From NCBI GenBank assembly GCA_965223845.1, contig CBDCXR010000004.1:1472001-1536000 (forward strand): DNA of 64,000 nt, given 5' to 3'. The notes below the pieces were generated by a model. It ran no database searches. It worked only from the letters and a program-made list of their open reading frames with translations, and was not told where the DNA came from. Shown here piece after piece: positions 22,101 to 31,015 of this stretch. The position numbers were made by a program, and so were the translations under genes. This stretch comes from Planctomycetota bacterium (GTDB lineage: Bacteria; Planctomycetota; UBA8108; SXIK01). Numbering within the stretch: position 1 is the stretch's first letter; every line of letters begins with the position of its first letter.

Positions 22101-24123
22101 CGCGGTCGAGGAACGGGTCGACGTTCGGCAATGGGCGAACTACTTCGCGGCCTTCGCGCTCCTCGGTTCAACCGAGAACAGCATCGTTCTCAATAACGGG
22201 GATGACTACTTTTGCTACCGGCGGTTCTCCGACGACCGCTGGATTCTGCTCCCGTGGGATCTCGACAGCTGCTTCGATTCGGAGACCCAGGAGCTCTTCC
22301 GGCCTCGCGTCGAGGCGATCATGCGATTCCTGCGCCATCCGCGCTACGCTCCGGACTACTGGTGCGACGTGGAAGCGCTACTCGAATCAGCGTTTCTGCT
22401 CGATCTGACGAACGATCGCATCGACCACCTCGTACCCCTCTTCTCCGAAAACGTGACCGGTCAGCTTCGGCAGTTCGCTGCCGCTCGGCGCGACTTCATC
22501 TCCGCTCGAATTCAGTCGGACCTCGTGGCAAGTGTCGACCAAGGCGGTTCGATCTGCGGTGGCACGCTCACGCGAACCGCCGGGAACGTCAGCCTGAGCG
22601 GACTCGCGCCCGGTTGCGGGACCACGGAAGTCCTCGTGGCCGGCCTCCCGGCGGGCTTCAACCCGGTGTCGAACGCTTGGTCGGCGACGCGGGATCTGAG
22701 CGAGGTCGACCTGCTCGAGATCGTTGCGCGGTACCGCGACGGGACGGAGGTGGCGCGGCTCGAATATCCGGTCGTCGCGACCGGCGGGACGACCCCCGTG
22801 CCGAATCCGATCAGCTCCGATACGGTGCTCACTCGCGAGGGCAGTCCGTACCGCGCGGGCAGCACGATCGTCGTCGAGAGCGGGGCGACGCTTTCGATCG
22901 AGCCGGGCGTCGAAGTGTGGTTCGATGCGGACGCGGGCCTCGAGATTGCAGGACGCTTGCTCGCCGAGGGAACGGCGGACGAACCGATTCGTTTTCGCGA
23001 GGATGACTGCGGCGAGAGATGGGAAGGGATCGCGTTTCTCGGATCCTCTTCCGGCAGCCGCCTCGAGCACTGCGAGCTCACTCGACTGACCGACGCGCAA
23101 GGATTCAGCGGCGGTGTGGTGATCGACGGCGGTGAAGCGACGATCGTCGACACCGCGATCGAGACGACCGCGACCTCCTCGATCCGCGTTCGGTCGGACG
23201 GCGAGCTGTCGCTCGAGAGGTCGGTTCTCGAGAGCACCGAGGATGGCGTCCGCATCGCCGATGCGGGGGCGACGATCACCGCGGTCGCCTTTGTCGATCT
23301 TCCGGGGACGGCGGTTCAGAGCTCGGGCGCGTCGGAAGTCCCCCTCATCGTCCGTGACTCGAGCGTCGAGCGCTGCGGCGAGGGCGTCGTCGGCGCGGCT
23401 CAATCGGTCGAGTGCTCCGGCGTGGACGTTCACGACGTCACGGGATCGGCCTTCGCGCTTCGCGGTCCGGGGCAGCTCACCGGGACGCGACTCGTGGTGC
23501 GTACGGCCGGAATCGGCCTCGAAGTGACCGACACGGGAAGTGCTGCAATCGATCACGCGACGTTCTACGACGTGACGACCGGCCTTCGCGCGGACAGCGG
23601 CGGCGACCTGAACGGCCACAGCCTCATCGTCTGGAACTCCGCGAGCGCCCAGGAGACCGGCGGCGGAGGAACGATCGCTCTTTCGACGTCCAACACGCAA
23701 GGTGGGGCCGCAGTCGGCCCGGGCAACATCGCTCTCGACCCGGTGTTCGTCGACGCGCCTGCGGATCTGCGTCTTCGCTTCGCGTCGCCGTGCCGTGGGA
23801 CGGGGAGCGACGGCACCGACATGGGAGCCTTTGCGTACGAGCCGCTCGGGGAGACTCATCGGTTTACGCTGTGCGATGCGAACTCCGACGGCAACGTCGA
23901 CGTCTCCGACGCGATTTTCCTCCTGCTCTCGCTCTTCGGAGACGGCTCCGCTCCGCTCTGCGACGCTGCGGTCGATTGCAATTCGGACGGCCCCACGAAC
24001 ATCGCGGACGCGGTGTTCCTCCTCGACCATCTCTTCGTCGGCGCACAGTCGCCGATCGAGCCGTACCCGGCGTGCGACGAAGTGCTCGTCGAAAGCTGCG
24101 CGGTGGACTCCTGCGCCGAGTGA
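19135..24123 (+). CDS. Secreted lamin-tail-domain / CotH-family kinase protein with beta-helix and C-terminal dockerin-like domain
   Basis: Three VVINEI…E(F/W)(V/I)E lamin-tail starts. CotH motifs GIRYRGSSAR, SYRIQF, LNLN, WILLPWDLD. Parallel beta-helix region. EF-hand-like pair DANSDGNVDVSDA and DCNSDGPTNIADA. Confidence 0.82.
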   Translation: MTPRLSDIPLPPATRDSRCLLRAVTLAFATLGLPAVASAFKVVINEIHYHPSSGGSSREFVEIYNFDSDEVELSGAFLRGGIDYVFPHGTVVPAGGYVLLANDRDALAEAYGLAADAVFGQFAGNLSNDGERVELLSRDGYLISFVEFDDSSPWPETADGLGPTLERVSPIREEADALAWAASIVPGGTPGGPNSAAVAEPSGPADTDDIIAPGADWRFFRGESEPPADWNEIEFDDAAWELGPAGFGFDDGDDATILDDMQGNYTTVYVRREFLIEDPSRVQALRFEISFDDGYVAYLNGVEIGRENAPGPTGSFVAHDDIASEGTVPALVDIVDLGGRLDLLETGPNVLSAIGLNRSVQSGDFSLHPQLEGTIAPDDPDPPPEALTRPRRDVVINEIAPEGNGDGWVELYNPGPDAVDVSGRRLRVFPASQGDYALPADAIIPPNETLVVDEAALGFELEFITVLMFTTSAGAWIDALNPFNTGPGQSTGRYPDGDGNRYLFSAHSRDAANMTDPERRVVINEIQYHPSDMDAGGEWIEFFNRSDEAVDLSGWAIARGINYSFLPGTEIAAGDYLVVASDPAAVEAKHEIAGVLGPYTGRLDNDAETVILRDFLGNVADRVRFADEGSWPPEPDGLGPSAELVHPDLDNRYGPAWRASDGEGTPGAVNSRLAADPTPIVAGVRHAPAVPTPDDSVRVLASVSDDQAVTEATLFYEVDRGPGPFSVDMEDDGVADDGIAGNGIFGATIPPFGDRAIIAFWIRARADGGQETTVPNGAPRPSFLYQVESPESARVRPLYRVVMRDSDLDELESRSVNSNVLLDATFVAAGEAYYNRGIRYRGSSARSCDPLSYRIQFDHDRSFHGIKRLNLNGCNRQRQWIGLDFLRRTGVPTPQSWFRVLSLNGERETRAHLRVEAIDDSFLTRTMPFDDDGNLYRGVSRANFDYRGEDPDDYRQHFQKRTNEALDDYSDVIDICDRMTNSSDEEFPAAVEERVDVRQWANYFAAFALLGSTENSIVLNNGDDYFCYRRFSDDRWILLPWDLDSCFDSETQELFRPRVEAIMRFLRHPRYAPDYWCDVEALLESAFLLDLTNDRIDHLVPLFSENVTGQLRQFAAARRDFISARIQSDLVASVDQGGSICGGTLTRTAGNVSLSGLAPGCGTTEVLVAGLPAGFNPVSNAWSATRDLSEVDLLEIVARYRDGTEVARLEYPVVATGGTTPVPNPISSDTVLTREGSPYRAGSTIVVESGATLSIEPGVEVWFDADAGLEIAGRLLAEGTADEPIRFREDDCGERWEGIAFLGSSSGSRLEHCELTRLTDAQGFSGGVVIDGGEATIVDTAIETTATSSIRVRSDGELSLERSVLESTEDGVRIADAGATITAVAFVDLPGTAVQSSGASEVPLIVRDSSVERCGEGVVGAAQSVECSGVDVHDVTGSAFALRGPGQLTGTRLVVRTAGIGLEVTDTGSAAIDHATFYDVTTGLRADSGGDLNGHSLIVWNSASAQETGGGGTIALSTSNTQGGAAVGPGNIALDPVFVDAPADLRLRFASPCRGTGSDGTDMGAFAYEPLGETHRFTLCDANSDGNVDVSDAIFLLLSLFGDGSAPLCDAAVDCNSDGPTNIADAVFLLDHLFVGAQSPIEPYPACDEVLVESCAVDSCAE

Positions 24124-24132
24124 GCGAGCGGT

Positions 24133-26055
24133 TCAGTCCTCTCCTGGGCCGGCTTTCTGCGTCGCCGCGTCCTCCATCAGCGTGTGCATTCGCCGCACGA
24201 GCTCGTGGGGATCGGTCAGGTAGCCGTCGGCGAGCATCGCGCCCTCGAAGATCTGCTCGCACACGCGCTCCACGAACTGGGGCTCTTCGTCTCGTTCGAC
24301 GAGTCGCTCGAGACTGCGGATCAGCGCGTGCTTCGGGTTCAGCTCGAGCGTTTTCTTCGGGAGCGTCACATCCTTGTTCATCAGTCGGAGCATCTTGTCC
24401 ATGTGTCCGGACACCTGATCGCCGACGAGGCAGGCGGGAGAGTCGACGAGACGCTCACTCGTACGGATGTCCTCGACTCGCTCGCCGAGAATCGACTTGA
24501 AGCGGTCGATCAGCTTGGTGACGTCCGGGGAGTCCGCGGAGACCGAGGTATCGTCTCCCTCGTCCGTCGACGGACTCTCGCCGTCGCCACCGAGCTCTTT
24601 CAAGTCCTCCGGCTTCACCTGGTCGGCCGAGACGAGCTCCTTCTCCTCGAATCGGCCGAGATTGCCGAGCACGAACTCGTCGGCGAGATCGCTTAGATAG
24701 AGCACTTCTACGCCGCGCTTTCGAAAGATCTCGAGTCGCGGATCCCGAACGAGCGCATCCCGCGACGGACCCGAGAGATAGTAGATCGCCTTCTGCCCTT
24801 CCGGCATTCGTCCCACGTAGTCGGCGAGGCTGTAGAGATCGTCCCCCTTCTCGGAGTGAGAGCTGTCGAAGCGAAGGAGCGCGACGATCGATTCGCGGTG
24901 AGCGAAGTCCGAGTGACCTTCCTTGATGAAGCGGCCGAAGGTCTGCCAAAACTCGCCGTATTTCTCCCGGTCGTTCGCCGCGAGATCGGCGAACTGCTTG
25001 AGCAGTTTTTTCGTGAGCGTGTCACGGATCTTGGCAACGAGAGGATTCTCCTGGAGCGTCTCGCGCGAGACGTTGAGTGGGAGGTCCTCGCACTCGACGA
25101 CCCCCTGTACGAAACGCAGGTAGGACGGGAGAAGATTCTCATTCTCGCCGTCGATCAGCACGCGCTTCACGTAAAGCTGTAGGCTGACCTTCCGCTCGCC
25201 GAAGCCGAGGACCTCGGTGTTCGTCTTCGGAACGAAGAGGAGCGCCGAGAACTGAAGCGGTGCGTCCACCGACAGGTGGAGATGGAGCAGGGGGTCCTCG
25301 TACGCGTGGTTCGCGAACTTGTGGAACTCCGTGTACTGCTCGGCCTTCACTTGGTGAGGAGGCTCGCGCCAGAGAGCCGAGGTCTGGTTGACCTGCTCGT
25401 CCTCGAGCCGGATCGCGAACGGAATGAAGTTCGAATACTTGCGGATCGCTTGTTCGATCGTGGATTTCTCGGCGAAGCGCTCTTCATCCTTCTTGAGTCG
25501 GATCTCGATCCGCGTTCCGCGTGGGGTGTCGGTCGGCGCGTCGGAGACGGCGTAGGAGCCGAGTCCATCGCTCGACCAGCGGACGGGGGCGGCCGCGGGA
25601 TTCGCCGAACGCGACGTGACGACGACTTCGTCCGCGACCATGAACACCGAATAGAAACCGACGCCGAAACGTCCGATGAGGCTCAGGTCCTTCTTCGTTT
25701 CACCCTTGAGCTCGTCGAGAAACGCCGTGGCGCCGCTGTGAGCGATCGTTCCGAGATTGGTCCGGATTTCGTCCTCCGACATGCCGATTCCGCGGTCGGC
25801 GATGACGAGCGTCTTTCGCTCTCCTTCGCCGCCGATCGAGATCGTCACCTCGAGCGGTGCATCGGGATCGGCGAGCTCCTCTTCTCTCACCTGCCTGAAG
25901 CGCACCTTCTCGAGCGCATCGGCCGCGTTCGAAAGGAGCTCGCGAATGAAGATGTCCTTCGCCGTGTAGACCGAGTGGATGAGGATATCGAGGAGCTGTT
26001 TGACCTCGGCCTTGAACTCGTAGCTGCGAGTTTCGTCTTGGGTCTCTTGGTTCAT
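24133..26055 (-). CDS. htpG: Molecular chaperone HtpG (Hsp90)
   Basis: FKAEVKQLL, IFIRELLSNAADA, DRGIGM, LIGRFGVGFYSVFMVA, DLPLNVSRETLQ, LELNPKH. Confidence 0.97.
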   Translation of the reverse strand: MNQETQDETRSYEFKAEVKQLLDILIHSVYTAKDIFIRELLSNAADALEKVRFRQVREEELADPDAPLEVTISIGGEGERKTLVIADRGIGMSEDEIRTNLGTIAHSGATAFLDELKGETKKDLSLIGRFGVGFYSVFMVADEVVVTSRSANPAAAPVRWSSDGLGSYAVSDAPTDTPRGTRIEIRLKKDEERFAEKSTIEQAIRKYSNFIPFAIRLEDEQVNQTSALWREPPHQVKAEQYTEFHKFANHAYEDPLLHLHLSVDAPLQFSALLFVPKTNTEVLGFGERKVSLQLYVKRVLIDGENENLLPSYLRFVQGVVECEDLPLNVSRETLQENPLVAKIRDTLTKKLLKQFADLAANDREKYGEFWQTFGRFIKEGHSDFAHRESIVALLRFDSSHSEKGDDLYSLADYVGRMPEGQKAIYYLSGPSRDALVRDPRLEIFRKRGVEVLYLSDLADEFVLGNLGRFEEKELVSADQVKPEDLKELGGDGESPSTDEGDDTSVSADSPDVTKLIDRFKSILGERVEDIRTSERLVDSPACLVGDQVSGHMDKMLRLMNKDVTLPKKTLELNPKHALIRSLERLVERDEEPQFVERVCEQIFEGAMLADGYLTDPHELVRRMHTLMEDAATQKAGPGED

Positions 26056-26254
26056 GGTCTTCGTGAATCGAGAGTGTCGGGTCTCCGTTCCCGCTCCGGC
26101 GCGCGGTTCCCTGGCCGCGACCGTCATGAGAATTCGGAACGTATCGTCCGTCGGAAGAAAACTGGGGGTTGCCCGAAGAATCGTAGCCCGGGACAAGATG
26201 CCGCGACGAACCTTCTCCGGCAAGAGGCTCGTTGCGCGCGTGAGCGACGGCCGG

Positions 26255-28087
26255 TCAGTAGAGCCCGTGGAGCGGCCCGCCGGCCGCCGCGAGCGCCTCG
26301 ACTCGCGTCGTCACCTCGGGATCCTCCTCGAGCGGCGGCGCGTGATGCGGTTTTGAACGCGCGTCGATCACGAGCGAGCCGTGGCAGCCCCAGTGCTTGT
26401 CTTCGCTGAAGGCGCGAATCCCGTGGACGTCGTGGGACGGGTTCGATCGCGTAAAGGTCACCCAGAGGAAGTTGCGGAGGTCGCGGGCGGTGAACACGCT
26501 GTCGTCGACGAGAACGACAAGCGGAAAGTCCGTGAGCAACTCGACCTCGGACCAGGGCGCGGTGAGGCGCTCGATCGCGGCGAGAGCGGACTGGCGATCG
26601 GCGTACGCGGGGGCTCCGACGACGAGGACGCCGGGAAGCGCGATCGCCGCGTCGCGGAATCCGTCCGGGAGTTGAAGCGTGGGGGGAACCCGTGTGCCGA
26701 GTGTCCTCCGCGCGGGACCCGCCGCCGCGACGACAAGCTTCGATCCTGAGTTCAGCCCGGTCCCGGAGTAGTCGAGCGTGTCGATCGTGGTTCTCGTTTG
26801 GAAGTGGAGATCTCGTGCCCAGTCGACGCGTTCGAGCACGTGCCGAAAGAACGCGGGAATATCGTTCGCGTCGAGTGCGGTGTCGTCCTCTCCGGCGGCG
26901 ATCCAAAGGTACTTCGCGAGCGAGCACTGACCGAAGCCGAGGATCGCGTTGGCGATCGTGAGGAGCTCCTGAGGCACGCGCTCCCCATAAGGAACGTAGC
27001 GTTCGCTCCCGATCGCGAGAAGAAGGGGATGAACTCCCGCCGCGTCGACCGCATGGAGCGCGCGGACACCGGGAATCGAGCGCGGCACCATCGGCCCGGT
27101 GATCTCGTGAATGAGCTCGCCGAAGCACGTGTCCTCCTGCGGCGGTCGCCCGACGACCGTAAACGGCCAGATGGCGTCGCGGCGGTGGTCAATCGACTCC
27201 ACTCGGAGAACCGGAAACTCGTGCTGGAGGCTGTAGTAGCCGAGATGGTCGCCGAACGGGCCCTCGGGAAGAGTGCGTTCGGGATCGACGGTTCCCGTCA
27301 GACAGAAGTCCGCGTCGGCCGAAATCACCCAGCCGTCGCGGCGCACGTAGCGAAAGCGCCGTCCTCCGAGCATCCCGGCGAAGAGAAGCTCCGAGAGTCC
27401 TTCAGGAAGAGGCATAACGGCGGCGAAGGTGTGCGCGGGCGGGCCGCCGACGAACACGCTCACCCGGAGCGGAGTCCCGGCCTCGACCGCGCGCGTGTGG
27501 TGGACGCCGATGCCGCGGTGGATCTGGTAGTGGAGTCCGATCTCGCGCTCGGGCTCGTAGTCGTTTCCGGAGAGTTGAATTCGATACATACCGAGGTTCG
27601 ACCGTATCACGCTCGGCTGGGAAGGATCCTCGGTAAAGACCTGGGGAAGAGTGATGAAGGGGCCGCCGTCGAGCGGCCACGAGCGAATCTGAGGGAGCTC
27701 GCTCACGTTGCAAGTGGACTCGAGCACGGGGCCGCTCCGAACTCGGCGGGGGAGACCCGTGAGCGCCGTCCAGGACGCGCCCGCGGATCGAAGGGGAGAT
27801 GCTCTCCACGATCCGGGATCGGCGCGGAGCGAAATCACGTGCCGGAGCCGCTCGAGTGTGTGACGGAAGAGGAAGCGACAGCGATCGAGCGTCCCGAAAA
27901 GGTTCGCAACCGCGGGGAACGCGCACCCGCGAACGTTTTCGAAGAGCACGGCCGGTCCGCCGGCGGCGAACAGTCGTCGCTGCACCGCGGCGATCTCGAG
28001 ATCGGGATCGATCTCGGCCGCAACGCGGCGAAGGTCGCCGTTCGCCTCGAGATCTTCGACGCACTCCCGGAGACTGCGGTAGGTCAT
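26255..28087 (-). CDS. UbiD-family prenyl-FMN-dependent decarboxylase
   Basis: ANLFGT, SWPLDGGPFITLP, NLGMYRIQ, EGPFGDHLGYY, GRPPQED, DTLDYSG. Start ATG 28087 (MTYRSLRE). Confidence 0.9.
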   Translation of the reverse strand: MTYRSLRECVEDLEANGDLRRVAAEIDPDLEIAAVQRRLFAAGGPAVLFENVRGCAFPAVANLFGTLDRCRFLFRHTLERLRHVISLRADPGSWRASPLRSAGASWTALTGLPRRVRSGPVLESTCNVSELPQIRSWPLDGGPFITLPQVFTEDPSQPSVIRSNLGMYRIQLSGNDYEPEREIGLHYQIHRGIGVHHTRAVEAGTPLRVSVFVGGPPAHTFAAVMPLPEGLSELLFAGMLGGRRFRYVRRDGWVISADADFCLTGTVDPERTLPEGPFGDHLGYYSLQHEFPVLRVESIDHRRDAIWPFTVVGRPPQEDTCFGELIHEITGPMVPRSIPGVRALHAVDAAGVHPLLLAIGSERYVPYGERVPQELLTIANAILGFGQCSLAKYLWIAAGEDDTALDANDIPAFFRHVLERVDWARDLHFQTRTTIDTLDYSGTGLNSGSKLVVAAAGPARRTLGTRVPPTLQLPDGFRDAAIALPGVLVVGAPAYADRQSALAAIERLTAPWSEVELLTDFPLVVLVDDSVFTARDLRNFLWVTFTRSNPSHDVHGIRAFSEDKHWGCHGSLVIDARSKPHHAPPLEEDPEVTTRVEALAAAGGPLHGLY

Positions 28088-28145
28088 GCCTGCGCTTCTC
28101 CGATGTGCAGTGCGCCGGCGGCGCGTGTCGGCGAACGGTGAACGG

Positions 28146-29039
28146 TCACCTTCGAGCGTCCGGATCTTCTTGCCGGCGAGGAACGACGAACTCGAGCGTC
28201 CGCGCGCGGATCCAGGAGCGGCTGCCGTCGAGCAGCGAAACTTCGAGCCACTCGCCGCGGCGCGTCCCGGTGAGCGACACCTCCGTGCCCGGCGGGAACG
28301 GACGCGAGTGGGACTCGCCGTAGGTCTCGCCGTCACCTCGCCGACCCTGAGTGGCGACGACGACGACGGCCTCGTCGGTCAGCGCACCACTCGCGGCGTC
28401 GAGACCGAGGGAAACACCGAGTGCCAGTGACGGCACGATGAGGAGAACGCCGAGCGCGACGAATGGACGGCGTTTCACTCGCCCGATCGCGAACGCGAGG
28501 AACGCCAACGGCACGAGGACCATGCAGAGAGCTCTTCGCGTCGAGAACGAGAGCGCGTCGTGCCAAAAGAAGAGCGCGTTTGCGAGGGAGGTGGCGGTTC
28601 CGGCGGCGCGCGACCGGATCGGCATTCGAAGGCGCAAATGATCGAGACCCGAGCGCGCCCGCGAATTGCCGCCGTCGACGAGGAGCGCGCGGCGATACCA
28701 GAGGATCGCTTGTCCCGCTCGATCGGCGAACGCAAACGAGTTCGCGGCGTTCGTTGCCACTTCGCTCGTCGTTGCCCCGGCCTCCCAGGAGGCCGCGAAC
28801 GCAAGTGCCGACTCGAGGTACTTCGCGTGAGTTGCGGCGGCGTCGGTCGGATGCTCGCGCTGGTGGGCTCGCGCCGCGTCGAAGAGGGAGAGCCCGGCGG
28901 TGAATCGGTCCGCCGCGTTCCCAGCGCGCGAGAGCGAGTCTTCTGCGGTCGATCGCGGCGAAGCGATCACGAGGGCAACGGCGAACCCGACCGTGAGCCT
29001 CGCTGTTCTCGGCCGGCCCGGTTCGACTAGCGAAGACAA
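28146..29039 (-). CDS. BatE-like TPR + SH3-domain membrane protein
   Basis: TPR NAANSFAF…AILWYRRAL, two TM helices, C-terminal SH3b-like GTEV…GEWLEVSLLDGSRSWI. Last gene of the Bat-type operon. Confidence 0.7.
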   Translation of the reverse strand: MSSLVEPGRPRTARLTVGFAVALVIASPRSTAEDSLSRAGNAADRFTAGLSLFDAARAHQREHPTDAAATHAKYLESALAFAASWEAGATTSEVATNAANSFAFADRAGQAILWYRRALLVDGGNSRARSGLDHLRLRMPIRSRAAGTATSLANALFFWHDALSFSTRRALCMVLVPLAFLAFAIGRVKRRPFVALGVLLIVPSLALGVSLGLDAASGALTDEAVVVVATQGRRGDGETYGESHSRPFPPGTEVSLTGTRRGEWLEVSLLDGSRSWIRARTLEFVVPRRQEDPDARR

Positions 29040-31015
29040 GCTTGGATCTCCCGGAGTAAGGTCCCCGCCCGTTGCGAGAGCTCGCCGATTTCACGGCCAT
29101 CACCCGCGAAGCGTGCGGAGAGGAATCCGTCGAGAAGCTCGACCGCGCGCTCGACCGCTCCGTCGTCGACGGCGCGTTCGCGGAGCGAGCGGCGGAGATC
29201 GCCCGGAGTGATCTCACCGCTACCGAGCTGCAGCTTCTCGCGAAAGAAGTTCTGGTAAGCGGCGGACGCGATCTCGGCGTCCCCGCCGGCGCTTCCGAGC
29301 CCCGCGAGGGCCCGCGCGAGCGCTCGTCCTTGCGCGCTCCGCTCCGCGCGGCGAGGATCCCGGCGCCGCCGAAGATAGACGAGCAAGAACGCGTAGAGTA
29401 CCGGCGGGGCGAAGACGGAAACGAGAAACGCAGGGCTCGCCAGTTGGTCGCGCGGGTCGACCGACCCTCGTGGCTCGCCCATCCGCTGGAAGTTCGCCGC
29501 AATTCCGTCGAGCTGCGCGATCGAGGGGGCGATCGCCGACGGCGCCTCGCCGCTCCCCTCGATCGTGCGAGTCGAGCGGATCGCATCGGTAGGGTCCACG
29601 GTCTCGACGGCCCGAACGACGATCGGGATCACGTCGCCCTTCGCGATCTCGTAGCGCTTCGAGTCCGGGTTGTAGTAGGGAAAAGGGATTGCTGGAATTT
29701 GAGTGACGTGGTCGCCGATCGGACGGAGACGCTGAGTGAAGACGACGACATCGTCTTCCACGACTCCCGCGCGGACTTCATTCGAAACGCGGAACTGCTC
29801 GGTGAGACTCGACTCTTCCGACCAGCGCGGCGCTGAGAGGTTCTCGAGGAGCGCCTTCTTCACGTCCGGTCGAAACGGGCTCGTGCAGCGGACCCGAGCC
29901 GTGACGGTGATCGGCGCGAACGCGTCGACCTCCGTCGGCGCGGCGGAGACCTCGACCGAGAATCGACCGACTGCACCGTTGAAACTCGGGGGCCGGCCCG
30001 CATCGGGCGGAGAGTCTACGCGATAGCGATTCGGCGCGGATTTCGCAGAGAAGGTCTCTCTCACGGGCGCGTTTACCGCGCGGCTTCCGAATAAGTCTCG
30101 CCGTACGCGTCGCTCGAACTTCGTCACGAGCTCGAGGCTCGCGCTTGCCGGCGGGAGATCGAGCGGCCCCGCGCGGAGAGGAAAGACGTCGAACCCGAAG
30201 ACGAGCGTTCGGTAGCCGTAGCCACCATCCCGCTGAGTCGTCGATTCTTGGACGAACACCCGATGCTCCTTGCCGATTTGCAGGCTCGAGCCATCGACAC
30301 CGGAAAGAACGCGGAGCGGGAAGATCAGCGCCTCCTTGCGCTCGAGGAGCGGGAGGCTGAGGCTCCGGAGCCCGAAGTTCGAGCTCCGTCCGACGCTGAG
30401 AAGGTCGCGAGAGCGAACCTCGTCCGCTCGCTTGCCCGAATAGAGGATCGTGTAGAGCACGCGAAAGGGCTGGAGAACGGCGCCGTTCGGCCGGTCGATG
30501 GTTCGCTCGAATCGGATGCCCGGTTCCGGCTTGAGAACGACGCTGAGTTCGACGGGTTGCGCGGTCAGCGCGGCCCCTCCGTGCCGAGTCACCGAAACCG
30601 GTCCGATCCGGTACTTCCCGCGCTCCGATTTCGTCGGCGTGACGACGTACTGGTACGAGACGGTGGACGTCACGCGGTTGTTCGCTTGGTAGGGATGCGA
30701 CTGCGGGCCGTACGGCCCCTCGATCTCGAGCCCCTCGACCGGCGGAATGTCGATGCGGGTCGGCCGAGACGACCTGCCTTCGATCTCGACCCAGAGTGCG
30801 GTCTTCTCGCCTGGATAGACCTGCGGAGGATCGAGTCGGAGACGGACCGACTGAGCTCGAATGTCCGAGGAAACGATTGCGAGAAGGATGAGGCCCCGAG
30901 CGAGCGCGTTGCGACACCATCCCCTAGGTTCGGGGACGAGCGCGCGCGCCCATCGCCGGGATTCGAACGCCGCTCCTCGCGCGCGCGAGCTACCAGTCTT
31001 TTTCAACCGTGACAC
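29027..31015 (-). CDS. BatD-family protein
   Basis: Signal peptide, Ig-like BatD repeats, FNGAVGRF, IPAIPFPYYNPDSKRY, C-terminal TM helix. Confidence 0.8.
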   Translation of the reverse strand: MSRLKKTGSSRARGAAFESRRWARALVPEPRGWCRNALARGLILLAIVSSDIRAQSVRLRLDPPQVYPGEKTALWVEIEGRSSRPTRIDIPPVEGLEIEGPYGPQSHPYQANNRVTSTVSYQYVVTPTKSERGKYRIGPVSVTRHGGAALTAQPVELSVVLKPEPGIRFERTIDRPNGAVLQPFRVLYTILYSGKRADEVRSRDLLSVGRSSNFGLRSLSLPLLERKEALIFPLRVLSGVDGSSLQIGKEHRVFVQESTTQRDGGYGYRTLVFGFDVFPLRAGPLDLPPASASLELVTKFERRVRRDLFGSRAVNAPVRETFSAKSAPNRYRVDSPPDAGRPPSFNGAVGRFSVEVSAAPTEVDAFAPITVTARVRCTSPFRPDVKKALLENLSAPRWSEESSLTEQFRVSNEVRAGVVEDDVVVFTQRLRPIGDHVTQIPAIPFPYYNPDSKRYEIAKGDVIPIVVRAVETVDPTDAIRSTRTIEGSGEAPSAIAPSIAQLDGIAANFQRMGEPRGSVDPRDQLASPAFLVSVFAPPVLYAFLLVYLRRRRDPRRAERSAQGRALARALAGLGSAGGDAEIASAAYQNFFREKLQLGSGEITPGDLRRSLRERAVDDGAVERAVELLDGFLSARFAGDGREIGELSQRAGTLLREIQACLR

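Noticed and set aside
26056-26254. CIRCE/HrcA operator upstream of htpG
   Set aside because: No TTAGCACTC-N9-GAGTGCTAA inverted repeat is present, only a partial GAGTG.
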